From positions 1-45,242 of the forward strand of contig JAUCBJ010001676.1 of assembly GCA_032718475.1 (NCBI GenBank): a stretch of 45,242 nucleotides of DNA, in the 5' to 3' direction. Below are positions 11,401 to 24,044 of this stretch, one piece after another. Both the position numbers and the translations under genes were made by a program. The notes beneath the pieces were generated by a model that saw only the letters and a program-made list of their open reading frames with translations, was not told the origin of the DNA and ran no database searches. The stretch is from Nemertoderma westbladi (lineage: Eukaryota > Animalia > Xenacoelomorpha). Position 1 is the stretch's first letter; each line of letters begins with the position of its first letter.

Positions 11401-14400
11401 AGGGAAGTGGGACCTGGAAATATTAGATAAACTCATTCAACTTAGCAGTTACCAAAACCCACAGGGAAGTGGGACCTGGAAATATTAGATAAACTCATTC
11501 AACTTAGCAGCTACCAAAACCCACAGGTAAGTGGGACCTGGAAATATTAGATAAACTCATTCAACTTAGCAGCTACCAAAACCCACAGGGAAGTGGGACC
11601 TGGAAATATTAGATAAACTCATTCAACTTAGCAGTTACCAAAACCCACAGGGAAGTGGGACCTGGAAATATTAGATAAACTCATTCAACTTAGCAGCTAC
11701 CAAAACCCACAGGGAAGTGGTACCGGGAAATATTAGATAAACTCATTCAACTTAGCAGTTACCAAAACCCACAGGTAAGTGGGACCTGGAAATATTAGAT
11801 AAACTCATTCAACTTAGCAGCTACCAAAACCCACAGGTAAGTGGGACCTGGAAATATTAGATAAACTCATTCAACTTAGCAGTTACCAAAACCCACAGGT
11901 AAGTGGGACCTGGAAATATTAGATAAACTCATTCAACTTAGCAGCTACCAAAACCCACAGGTAAGTGGGACCTGGAAATATTAGATAAACTCATTCAACT
12001 TAGCATTTACCAAAACCCACAGGTAAGTGGGACCTGGAAATATTAGATAAACTCATTCAACTTAGCAGCTACCAAAGCCCACAGGGAAGTGGGACCTGGA
12101 AATATTAGATAAACTCATTCAACTTAGCAGTTACCAAAACCCACAGGGAAGTGGGACCTGGAAATATTAGATAAACTCATTCAACTTAGCAGTTACCAAA
12201 ACCCACAGGGAAGTGGGACCTGGAAATATTAGATAAACTCATTCAACTTAGCAGCTACCAAAACCCATAGGTAAGTGGGACCTGGAAATATTAGATAAAC
12301 TCATTCAACTTAGCAGTTACCAAAACCCACAGGGAAGTGGGACCTGGAAATATTAGATAAACTCATTCAACTTAGCAGTTACCAAAACCCACAGGGAAGT
12401 GGGACCTGGAAATATTAGATAAACTCATTCAACTTAGCAGCTACCAAAACCCATAGGTAAGTGGGACCTGGAAATATTAGATAAACTCATTCAACTTAGC
12501 AGCTACCAAAACCCATAGGTAAGTGGGACCTAGAAATATTAGATAAACTCATTCAACTTAGCAGTTACCAAAACCCACAGGTAAGTGGGACCTGGAAATA
12601 TTAGATAAATTCATTCAACTTAGCAGTTACCAAAACCCATAGGTAAGTGGTACCTGGAAATATTAGATAAACTCATTCAACTTAGCAGCTACCAAAGCCC
12701 ACAGGGAAGTGGGACCTGGAAATATTAGATAAACTCATTCAACTTAGCAGTTACCAAAGCCCACAGGGAAGTGGGACCTGGAAATATTAGATAAACTCAT
12801 TCAACTTAGCAGCTACCAAAACCCATAGGTAAGTGGGACCTAGAAATATTAGATAAACTCATTCAACTTAGCAGTTACCAAAACCCACAGGTAAGTGGGA
12901 CCTGGAAATATTAGATAAACTCATTCAACTTAGCAGCTACCAAAACCCATAGGTAAGTGGGACCTAGAAATATTAGATAAACTCATTCAACTTAGCAGTT
13001 ACCAAAGCCCACAGGGAAGTGGGACCTGGAAATATTAGATAAACTCATTCAACTTAGCAGCTACCAAAACCCATAGGTAAGTGGGACCTAGAAATATTAG
13101 ATAAACTCATTCAACTTAGCAGTTACCAAAATCCACAGATAAGTGGGACCTGGAAATATTAGATAAATTCATTCAACTTAGCAGTTACCAAAACCCATAG
13201 GTAAGTGGTACCTGGAAATATTAGATAAACTCATTCAACTTAGCAGCTACCAAAGCCCACAGGGAAGTGGGACCTGGAAATATTAGATAAACTCATTCAA
13301 CTTAGCAGTTACCAAAGCCCACAGGGAAGTGGGACCTGGAAATATTAGATAAACTCATTCAAATGGGACCTGGAAATATTAGATAAACTCATTCAACTTA
13401 GCAGCTACCAAAACCCATAGGTAAGTGGGACCTAGAAATATTAGATAAACTCATTCAACTTAGCAGTTACCAAAACCCACAGGTAAGTGGGACCTGGAAA
13501 TATTAGATAAATTCATTCAACTTAGCAGTTACCAAAACCCATAGGTAAGTGGTACCTGGAAATATTAGATAAACTCATTCAACTTAGCAGCTACCAAAGC
13601 CCACAGGGAAGTGGGACCTGGAAATATTAGATAAACTCATTCAACTTAGCAGCTACCAAAACCCATAGGTAAGTGGGACCTGGAAATATTAGATAAACTC
13701 ATTCAACTTAGCAGCTACCAAAGCCCACAGGGAAGTGGGACCTGGAAATATTAGATAAACTCATTCAACTTAGCAGTTACCAAAGCCCACAGGGAAGTGG
13801 GACCTGGAAATATTAGATAAACTCATTCAAATGGGACCTGGAAATATTAGATAAACTCATTCAACTTAGCAGCTACCAAAACCCATAGGTAAGTGGGACC
13901 TGGAAATATTAGATAAACTCATTCAACTTAGCAGCTACCAAAACCCATAGGTAAGTGGGACCTGGAAATATTAGATAAACTCATTCAACTTAGCAGTTAC
14001 CAAAACCCACAGGGAAGTGGGACCTGGAAATATTAGATAAATTCATTCAACTTAGCAGCTACCAAAACCCATAGGTAAGTGGGACCTAGAAATATTAGAT
14101 AAACTCATTCAACTTAGCAGTTACCAAAACCCACAGGTAAGTGGGACCTGGAAATATTAGATAAATTCATTCAACTTAGCAGTTACCAAAACCCATAGGT
14201 AAGTGGTACCTGGAAATATTAGATAAACTCATTCAACTTAGCAGTTACCAAAACCCACAGGGAAGTGGGACCTGGAAATATTAGATAAATTCATTCAACT
14301 TAGCAGCTACCAAAACCCATAGGTAAGTGGGACCTAGAAATATTAGATAAACTCATTCAACTTAGCAGTTACCAAAACCCACAGGTAAGTGGGACCTGGA

Positions 14401-17400
14401 AATATTAGATAAATTCATTCAACTTAGCAGTTACCAAAACCCATAGGTAAGTGGTACCTGGAAATATTAGATAAACTCATTCAACTTAGCAGCTACCAAA
14501 GCCCACAGGGAAGTGGGACCTGGAAATATTAGATAAACTCATTCAACTTAGCAGCTACCAAAACCCATAGGTAAGTGGGACCTGGAAATATTAGATAAAC
14601 TCATTCAACTTAGCAGCTACCAAAGCCCACAGGGAAGTGGGACCTGGAAATATTAGATAAACTCATTCAACTTAGCAGTTACCAAAGCCCACAGGGAAGT
14701 GGGACCTGGAAATATTAGATAAACTCATTCAAATGGGACCTGGAAATATTAGATAAACTCATTCAACTTAGCAGCTACCAAAACCCATAGGTAAGTGGGA
14801 CCTGGAAATATTAGATAAACTCATTCAACTTAGCAGCTACCAAAACCCATAGGTAAGTGGGACCTGGAAATATTAGATAAACTCATTCAACTTAGCAGTT
14901 ACCAAAACCCACAGGGAAGTGGGACCTGGAAATATTAGATAAACTCATTCAACTTAGCAGCTACCAAAACCCATAGGTAAGTGGGACCTGGAAATATTAG
15001 ATAAACTCATTCAACTTAGCAGCTACCAAAACCCATAGGTAAGTGGGACCTGGAAATATTAGATAAACTCATTCAACTTAGCAGTTACCAAAACCCACAG
15101 GTAAGTGGGACCTGGAAATATTAGATAAATTCATTCAACTTAGCAGTTACCAAAACCCATAGGTTAGTGGTACCTGTAAATATTAGATAAACTCATTCAA
15201 CTTAGCAGCTACCAAAGCCCACAGGGAAGTGGGACCTGGAAATATTAGATAAACTCATTCAACTTAGCAGTTACCAAAGCCCACAGGGAAGTGGGACCTG
15301 GAAATATTAGATAAACTCATTCAACTTAGCAGCTACCAAAGCCCACAGGGAAGTGGGACCTGGAAATATTAGATAAACTCATTCAACTTAGCAGTTACCA
15401 AAGCCCACAGGGAAGTGGGACCTGGAAATATTAGATAAACTCATTCAACTTAGCAGTTACCAAAACCCACAGGTAAGTGGGACCTGGAAATATTAGATAA
15501 ACTCATTCAACGCAGTTACCAAAACCCACAGGTAAGTGGGACCTGGAAATATTAGATAAACTCATTCAACTTAGCAGTTACCAAAACTCACAGGGAAGTG
15601 GGACCTGGAAATATTAGATAAACTCATTCAACTTGCAGCTACCAAAACCCACAGGGAAGTGGGACCTGGAAATATTAGATAAACTCATTCAACTTAGCAG
15701 TTACCAAAACCCACAGGTAAGTGGGACCTGGAAATATTAGATAAACTCATTCAACTTAGCATTTACCAAAACCCACAGGTAAGTGGGACCTGGAAATATT
15801 AGATAAACTCATTCAACTTAGCATTTACCAAAACCCACAGGTAAGTGGGACCTGGAAATATTAGATAAACTCATTCAACTTAGCAGCTACCAAAGCCCAC
15901 AGGGAAGTGGGACCTGGAAATATTAGATAAACTCATTCAACTTAGCAGTTACCAAAACCCACAGGTAAGTGGGACCTGGAAATATTAGATAAACTCATTC
16001 AACTTAGCAGCTACCAAAGCCCACAGGGAAGTGGGACCTGGAAATATTAGATAAACTCATTCAACTTAGCAGTTACCAAAACCCACAGGGAAGTGGGACC
16101 TGAGATAAACTCATTCAACTTAGCAGTTACCAAAACCCACAGGGAAGTGGGACCTGGAAATATTAGATAAACTCATTCAACTTAGCAGCTACCAAAACCC
16201 ACAGGGAAGTGGGACCTGAAAATATTAGATAAACTCATTCAACTTAGCAGCTACCAAAACCCATAGGTAAGTGGGACCTGGAAATATTAGATAAACTCAT
16301 TCAACTTAGCAGTTACCAAAACCCACAGGGAAGTGGGACCTGGAAATATTAGATAAACTCATTCAACTTAGCAGTTACCAAAACCCACAGGGAAGTGGGA
16401 CCTGGAAATATTAGATAAACTCATTCAACTTAGCAGCTACCAAAACCCATAGGTAAGTGGGACCTGGAAATATTAGATAAACTCATTCAACTTAGCAGCT
16501 ACCAAAGCCCACAGGGAAGTGGGACCTGGAAATATTAGATAAACTCATTCAACGCAGTTACCAAAACCCACAGGTAAGTGGGACCTGGAAATATTAGATA
16601 AACTCATTCAACTTAGCAGTTACCAAAACCCACAGGGAAGTGGGACCTGGAAATATTAGATAAACTCATTCAACTTAGCAGTTACCAAAACCCACAGGGA
16701 AGTGGGACCTGGAAATATTAGATAAACTCATTCAACTTAGCAGCTACCAAAACCCATAGGTAAGTGGGACCTGGAAATATTAGATAAACTCATTCAACTT
16801 AGCAGCTACCAAAACCCATAGGTAAGTGGTACCTGGAAATATTAGATAAACTCATTCAACTTAGCAGTTACCAAAACCCACAGGGAAGTGGGACCTGGAA
16901 ATATTAGATAAACTCATTCAACTTAGCAGTTACCAAAACCCACAGGGAAGTGGGACCTGGAAATAGTAGATAAATTCATTCAACTTAGCAGCTACCAAAA
17001 CCCATAGGTAAGTGGTACCTGGAAATATTAGATAAACTCATTCAACTTAGCAGTTACCAAAACCCACAGGGAAGTGGGACCTGGAAATATTAGATAAACT
17101 CATTCAACTTAGCAGCTACCAAAACCCACAGGTAAGTGGGACCTGGAAATATTAGATAAACTCATTCAACTTAGCAGTTACCAAAACCCACAGGGAAGTG
17201 GGACCTGGAAATATTAGATAAACTCATTCAACTTAGCAGTTACCAAAACCCACAGGGAAGTGGGACCTGGAAATATTAGATAAACTCATTCAACTTAGCA
17301 GCTACCAAAACCCATAGGTAAGTGGGACCTGGAAATATTAGATAAACTCATTCAACTTAGCAGCTACCAAAACCCACAGGGAAGTGGGACCTGGAAATAT

Positions 17401-17840
17401 TAGATAAACTCATTCAACTTAGCAGTTACCAAAACCCACAGGGAAGTGGGACCTGGAAATATTAGATAAACTCATTCAACTTAGCAGCTACCAAAACCCA
17501 TAGGTAAGTGGGACCTGGAAATATTAGATAAACTCATTCAACTTAGCAGTTACCAAAACCCACAGGGAAGTGGGACCTGGAAATATTAGATAAACTCATT
17601 CAACTTAGCAGTTACCAAAACCCACAGGGAAGTGGGACCTGGAAATATTAGATAAACTCATTCAACTTAGCAGCTACCAAAACCCATAGGTAAGTGGTAC
17701 CTGGAAATATTAGATAAACTCATTCAACTTAGCAGTTACCAAAACCCACAGGGAAGTGGGACCTGGAAATATTAGATAAACTCATTCAACTTAGCAGTTA
17801 CCAAAGCCCACAGGGAAGTGGGACCTAGAAATATTAGATA
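8380..17840 (+). repeat. 62-bp minisatellite, ~150 copies, made of the last ~50 nt of the exon plus the 5' splice site
   Basis: Unit TGGAAATATTAGATAAACTCATTCAACTTAGCAGTTACCAAAACCCACAG|GTAAGTGGGACC; the first copy is the real exon end. Confidence 0.98.
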
Positions 17841-18029
17841 CAAATTTGTTATTCAACACGAATTTTGCATAATCACTTTTTGTGTCCGTATTTCTTCAAA
17901 CTGTCCGACTAAATAAATACGTACAGAAAGTAAAAAAAATACGCACAAAAAATAGTCCAAAGGTTCGGGATGAGTTATTTAAACTGACAAGTAAATTTAT
18001 TATGTTTTAATTCTATTTCATTTTACTAG

Positions 18030-18209
18030 GGGGAGGTTTTGGAGGCGGTTACCACAGCAACAGTGATGCTGCTCTCCAGCCACTCCCATCTGGGCGACAA
18101 CATACCGGCGTTGGGGCACCTCACACACCTTGTAAAGGCATTGGGATGTCGTAACGAGGCTGTTGTCAAGGCAATGACTAGAGTTATACATCAGATTTCA
18201 ACCAATGGG
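18030..18209 (+). CDS. DNAJC13: DNAJC13 exon (GEVLEAVTTA...IPALGHL...ISTNG), phase 0-0
   Basis: tacTAG acceptor, GTGAGT at 18210; 180 nt; D.IP.LGHL motif. Confidence 0.92.
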
Positions 18210-18379
18210 GTGAGTTTTCAGTGCAATACCTATCTGTATCTGATGTATTACGGGTGGTGTCGTAAGATCCTCTATTATAATGGCTCTGATCTTTTAGCAT
18301 GAGGTATATGGTTATGTTTTCTTTGCGGTCCGGCCGCTACTTCTTTAACATTGTTTTATTTACCGTGTATTTACCATCC

Positions 18380-18600
18380 TTGTTCCGCCTCCGCTTTGCA
18401 GGACATAGCTTTCGCCGTGAGGACCAGCCAGTGAATAATCTTGTACTTTGGCAGCCTCATGGAGTGAATAAGCATGGTGGACAGCCCATGACTTTCTTGA
18501 GACGCATCTTAAAGGACACTGGCCTTGAAGATGCGGATAATCTCGCGAAAGTCATTGGTGATAGGGAGTTGTGGCGGTGCAACTTTGTTGATCAGCCGGC
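18380..18600 (+). mobile_element. 3'-terminal fragment of a non-LTR retrotransposon ORF2 (RTE-like LINE)
   Basis: RLRFAGHSFRREDQPV..LVLWQP....G.P.TF...LKDTGL.....DRELWR matches the typical RTE ORF2 C-terminus; a (TAG)-like tract at ~18710-18740 may be its tail. Confidence 0.75.
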
Positions 18601-19134
18601 ATAGCATTCTTAATGCGCGCTGCATTGGGTTTGCCAATTGTGGATTGCATGGTGGTGTCAAAATGTTTTTGTTAAGCTGGCATAGCATCTCAATGTGCAG
18701 CGGACCGATTATAGTAGTTAGTATTAGTTATAGTAGTAGTGCCCTCCTACCCCTACCCGATGGTGGTGTTATTGCACATTCCCAGGTTCATTACGGGGGC
18801 CAATGTACTTGTACTTCCGTAATTGGTAATCTTGACTCTTAGACCCAGCGGTACAATAGGAAACTGGCTTCCGCGGGGAAGTAAAGAAAGAGTTGGTTGG
18901 TAACGGAGTCTTTAATATTGGGAGTTATAGTGGCGCCATACCTGCCTTTAAGGTAACCGCCAAGAGAGTGGAGACTTCGGGTTGTCTCCGCTTTGTCGCG
19001 TTTCCATTCATTTATCCCCTCTCATTTCTTGTCATTTTCTTTTCACCACCGTCATTGTTTCATAAACAATAAATTGTAGATTTGTATTTTAGTGTACTCA
19101 ACTGAGGCATTACTTTCATTATATCTTCATATAG

Positions 19135-19419
19135 GTCTGTGTGGAGAACATGTGCACTCAACAGTGCATCCCCCCGTTAATGGTCGCAATGAAGAAGAAT
19201 ACCGATTGCATAGTTTTAGTTTGCGAAACCTTGAACCGAATATTCTCTCGCCCTTCGACTGACCCACTCATTGGCCAAGCCATTGAGTGCGGGATTATAC
19301 CATACCTGTTGCTAATACTCGACAAACCTGTGTCGTCACTGCCTAATATCTCGGCCACAAAAGCGCAAGTAGTGAAAACGTTAAAGTCAATGTTGGAGAG
19401 TGAAAAATATGGGGAGCAG
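19135..19419 (+). CDS. DNAJC13: DNAJC13 exon (VCVENMCTQQCIPPLM...ATKAQVVKTLKSM...YGEQ), phase 0-0
   Basis: ATKAQ.VK.LK.M and YGEQ motifs; AG at 19133-19134, GT at 19420; 285 nt. Confidence 0.93.
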
Positions 19420-19460
19420 GTTTGTAAAAATATAACTTATCTATCTAATTGAAATCATAT

Positions 19461-20098
19461 AAGCCCGTGAAGCCAATTTTAAAAATCGCTTATACACATT
19501 TAATCTCAATAATTTCACACGTGGCTTAAATCAATTGAAAGCGGAGAGTCTTACACGTCTTTTGACACCACAATTAATTAAATTCAAGATGGGAAAGATT
19601 GTTGAAATTCTGTTCACAATTGCAAACTCTGCGGATTACCTGATCTGTATGCTAGCACTCAGCCCTTGCACTTGCAGCTTACACCATTTAAGTTGGGTTT
19701 ACCGGTGACTAGTGCACATTTTTAATATTCAAGTAGCCTTACCAATTATTATAGTACCGGCTGACCGGTATTAAAAGCTTTTTTAAATCTAACCTGTAGT
19801 CCTTTCCGTAATCAATACAGATTGGAATGTAGTACTGCTGCTGGAAACAGCATTTTATCAATGTTCATCATCATGAATTTATTTAATTGCCGTGTCAAAA
19901 GACGTGCAAGACTCCCCGCTTTCAATTGATTTAAGCCACGTGTGAAATGATTGAGATTATAAGTGTAGACCTACTTAAATGTATCTAAAATCACCCTCCA
20001 TAGAAACCAATATAAGAACTTATCTGAGCACTGCGTAGTGACGTCAAATATGTAGCAGCCAATCACAGCCGATTTTCAAAATTGGCCTCCCGGGCCTA
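19461..20098. mobile_element. Non-autonomous foldback/MITE-like DNA element
   Basis: Outer imperfect inverted repeats (AGCCCGTGAAGCCAATTTTAAAAATCG versus CGATTTTCAAAATTGGCCTCCCGGGCC) and inner ~100-bp inverted repeats (~19490-19590 versus ~19870-19968); possible TA TSD. Confidence 0.7.
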
Positions 20099-20208
20099 CT
20101 CAAACCCGCCATTTCGACCGTTTCCACGTGTTTTTACAAAAAAAACACACCGATACTCAAACCCGCCATTTCGACCGTTTCCACGTGTTTTTACAAAAAA
20201 AACACACC
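20097..20208. repeat. 57-bp tandem duplication
   Basis: TACTCAAACCCGCCATTTCGACCGTTTCCACGTGTTTTTACAAAAAAAACACACC occurs twice. Confidence 0.9.
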
Positions 20209-20425
20209 CCGCCACTGGATTCAGGGCACCTTGTTACCTCTTATTCGATTGTTTCTAGCCCAACAATTTTTTCGCGCACCAGCCCTAATGTAATTTATAA
20301 AAGTGGACTGTTATGAAATATTTTATCAACTATAGCAACGTGTATTAGGCTGATATAGTCCATTATACTATTTTATTGCGAGTCCAGTCCATGAATAACC
20401 TCATCTTTAATTTTGTTTGTTTTAG

Positions 20426-20525
20426 GTCAATGAACTTCTGCAGAAAAGTAGTGTTTGGGCGGAATACAGAGACCAGAAACACGATTTGTTTATAAAAGAT
20501 ACCCCAGTAGCTGGTTACTTAACTG
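20426..20525 (+). CDS. DNAJC13: DNAJC13 exon ([34 protein letters not shown]), phase 0-1
   Basis: Conserved [10 protein letters not shown] and AGYLTG motifs; tttAG acceptor, GTGAGT at 20526. Not in the ORF track. Confidence 0.95.
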
Positions 20526-23500
20526 GTGAGTTGATTTAACTATAACCCCAGTAGCGGGTTACTTAACTGGTGAGTTGATTTAACTATTTAACCCCAGTAG
20601 CGGGTTACTTAACTGGTGAGTTGATTTATCTATAACCACAGTAGCGGGTTACTTAACTGGTGAGTTGATTTAACTATAACCCCAGTAGCTGGTTACTTAA
20701 CTGGTGAGTTGATTTAACTATAACCCAGTAGCGGGTTACTTAACTGGTGAGTTGATTTAACTATAACACAGTAGCGGGTTACTTAACTGGTGAGTTGATT
20801 TAACTATAACCCCAGTAGCGGGTTACTTAACTGGTGAGTTGATTTAACTATAACCCCAGTAGCGGGTTACTTAACTGGTGAGTTGATTTAACTATAACCC
20901 CAGTAGCGGGTTACTTAACTGGTGAGTTGATTTAACTATAACCCCAGTAGCGGGTTACTTAACTGGTGAGTTGATTTAACTATAACCCCAGTAGCGGGTT
21001 ACTTAACTGGTGAGTTGATTTAACTATAACCCCAGTAGCGGGTTACTTAACTGGTGAGTTGATTTAACTATAACCCAGTAGCGGGTTACTTAACTGGTGA
21101 GTTGATTTAACTATAACCCCAGTAGCGGGTTACTTAACTGGTGAGTTGATTTAACTATAACTCCAGTAGCGGGTTACTTAACTGGTGAGTTGATTTAACT
21201 ATAACCCAGTAGCGGGTTACTTAACTGGTGAGTTGATTTAACTATAACCCCAGTAGCGGGTTACTTAACTGGTGAGTTGATTTAACTATAACCCCAGTAG
21301 CGGGTTACTTAACTGGTGAGTTGATTTAACTATAACCCAGTAGCGGGTTACTTAACTGGTGAGTTGATTTAACTATAACCCCAGTAGCGGGTTACTTAAC
21401 TGCTGAGTTGATTTAACTATAACACAGTAGCGGGTTACTTAACTGCTGAGTTGATTTAACTATAACCCCAGTAGCGGGTTACTTAACTGGTGAGTTGATT
21501 TAACTATAACCCCAGTAGCGGGTTACTTAACTGGTGAGTTGATTTAACTATAACCCCAGTAGCGGGTTACTTAACTGGTGAGTTGATTTAACTATAACCC
21601 CAGTAGCGGGTTACTTAACTGGTGAGTTGATTTAACTATAACCCAGTAGCGGGTTACTTAACTGGTGAGTTGATTTAACTATAACCCCAGTAGCGGGTTA
21701 CTTAACTGGTGAGTTGATTTAACTATAACCCAGTAGCGGGTTACTTAACTGGTGAGTTGATTTAACTATAACCCCAGTAGCGGGTTACTTAACTGGTGAG
21801 TTGATTTAACTATAACCCCAGTAGCGGGTTACTTAACTGGTGAGTTGATTTAACTATAACCCCAGTAGCGGGTTACTTAACTGGTGAGTTGATTTAACTA
21901 TAACCCCAGTAGCGGGTTACTTAACTGGTGAGTTGATTTAACTATAACCCCAGTAGCGGGTTACTTAACTGGTGAGTTGATTTAACTATAACCCCAGTAG
22001 CGGGTTACTTAACTGGTGAGTTGATTTAACTATAACCCAGTAGCGGGTTACTTAACTGGTGAGTTGATTTAACTATAACCCCAGTAGCGGGTTACTTAAC
22101 TGGTGAGTTGATTTAACTATAACCCCAGTAGCGGGTTACTTAACTGGTGAGTTGATTTAACTATAACCCCAGTAGCGGGTTACTTAACTGGTGAGTTGAT
22201 TTAACTATAACCCCAGTAGCGGGTTACTTAACTGGTGAGTTGATTTAACTATAACCCCAGTAGCGGGTTACTTAACTGGTGAGTTGATTTAACTATAACC
22301 CAGTAGCGGGTTACTTAACTGGTGAGTTGATTTAACTATAACCCCAGTAGCGGGTTACTTAACTGGTGAGTTGATTTAACTATAACCCCAGTAGCGGGTT
22401 ACTTAACTGGTGAGTTGATTTAACTATAACCCCAGTAGCGGGTTACTTAACTGGTGAGTTGATTTAACTATAACCCCAGTAGCGGGTTACTTAACTGGTG
22501 AGTTGATTTAACTATAACCCCAGTAGCGGGTTACTTAACTGGTGAGTTGATTTAACTATAACCCAGTAGCGGGTTACTTAACTGGTGAGTTGATTTAACT
22601 ATAACCCAGTAGCGGGTTACTTAACTGGTGAGTTGATTTAACTATAACCCCAGTAGCGGGTTACTTAACTGGTGAGTTGATTTAACTATAACCCCAGTAG
22701 CGGGTTACTTAACTGGTGAGTTGATTTAACTATAACCCCAGTAGCGGGTTACTTAACTGGTGAGTTGATTTAACTATAACCCCAGTAGCGGGTTACTTAA
22801 CTGGTGAGTTGATTTAACTATAACCCAGTAGCGGGTTACTTAACTGGTGAGTTGATTTAACTATAACCCAGTAGCGGGTTACTTAACTGGTGAGTTGATT
22901 TAACTATAACCCCAGTAGCGGGTTACTTAACTGGTGAGTTGATTTAACTATAACCCCAGTAGCGGGTTACTTAACTGGTGAGTTGATTTAACTATAACCC
23001 CAGTAGCGGGTTACTTAACTGGTGAGTTGATTTAACTATAACCCAGTAGCGGGTTACTTAACTGGTGAGTTGATTTAACTATAACCCAGTAGCGGGTTAC
23101 TTAACTGGTGAGTTGATTTAACTATAACCCCAGTAGCGGGTTACTTAACTGGTGAGTTGATTTAACTATAACCCCAGTAGCGGGTTACTTAACTGGTGAG
23201 TTGATTTAACTATTTAACCCCAGTAGCGGGTTACTTAACTGGTGAGTTGATTTAACTATAACCCCAGTAGCGGGTTACTTAACTGGTGAGTTGATTTAAC
23301 TATAACCCCAGTAGCGGGTTACTTAACTGGTGAGTTGATTTAACTATAACCCCAGTAGCGGGTAACTTAAATGGTGAGTTGATTTAACTATAACCCCAGT
23401 AGCGGGTTACTTAACTGGTGAGTTGATTTAACTATAACCCAGTAGCGGGTTACTTAACTGGTGAGTTGATTTAACTATAACCCAGTAGCGGGTTACTTAA

Positions 23501-23740
23501 CTGGTGAGTTGATTTAACTATAACCCCAGTAGCGGGTTACTTAACTGGTGAGTTGATTTAACTATAACCCCAGTAGTGGGTTACTTAACTGGTGAGTTGA
23601 TTTAACTATAACCCAGTAGCGGGTTACTTAACTGGTGAGTTGATTTAACTATAACACAGTAGCGGGTTTCTTAACTGGTGAGTTGATTTAACTATAACCC
23701 CAGTAGCGGGTTACTTAACTGGTGAGTTGATTTAACTATA
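20501..23740 (+). repeat. 43-44-bp minisatellite, ~74 copies, made of the last 25 nt of the exon plus the 5' splice site
   Basis: Unit ACCCCAGTAGCGGGTTACTTAACTG|GTGAGTTGATTTAACTATA; the first copy is the real exon end. Confidence 0.98.
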
Positions 23741-23859
23741 GATATTATTATTGAGCGATGTCTATCTAAAAGCGAACCACATAGTGAACCCGTTCTGACA
23801 ACCTCCCTTCCATAACAGTTTAAATTTTAACGTATTAATATTTTTTTCGCTGTGTTTAG

Positions 23860-23960
23860 GTCCGGGTGTCGCCGGATATCTAACCCAAGGAACCACACAC
23901 GGGACCCGCAATGCCCCACCACCAATAGCCGACCAAGATGGGGGTTTTACTAACAGCTGA
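23860..23960 (+). CDS. DNAJC13: DNAJC13 last coding exon (GPGVAGYLTQGT...APPPIADQDGGFTNS*)
   Basis: Completes AGYLTGPGVAGYLT...PPP, the characteristic DNAJC13 C-terminus; tttAG acceptor; TGA at 23958-23960. Confidence 0.93.
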
Positions 23961-24038
23961 TAGTATTTATTACCTTAGAGAGTTGGGTGTCTGTCTCTTA
24001 CAATCGCGAATTTATTATGTAACTCGAATTTATATGCA

Positions 24039-24044
24039 AATAAA
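24039..24044 (+). promoter_or_regulatory. Candidate polyadenylation signal for DNAJC13 (a second AATAAA lies at 24121-24126)
   Basis: AATAAA about 80 nt after the stop codon; AT-rich context, so chance occurrence is possible. Confidence 0.4.

Noticed and set aside
8443-17840. Array of alternative mutually exclusive exons
   Set aside because: Units contain only the exon's 3' end, 62 bp is not a multiple of 3, and stop codons follow immediately.
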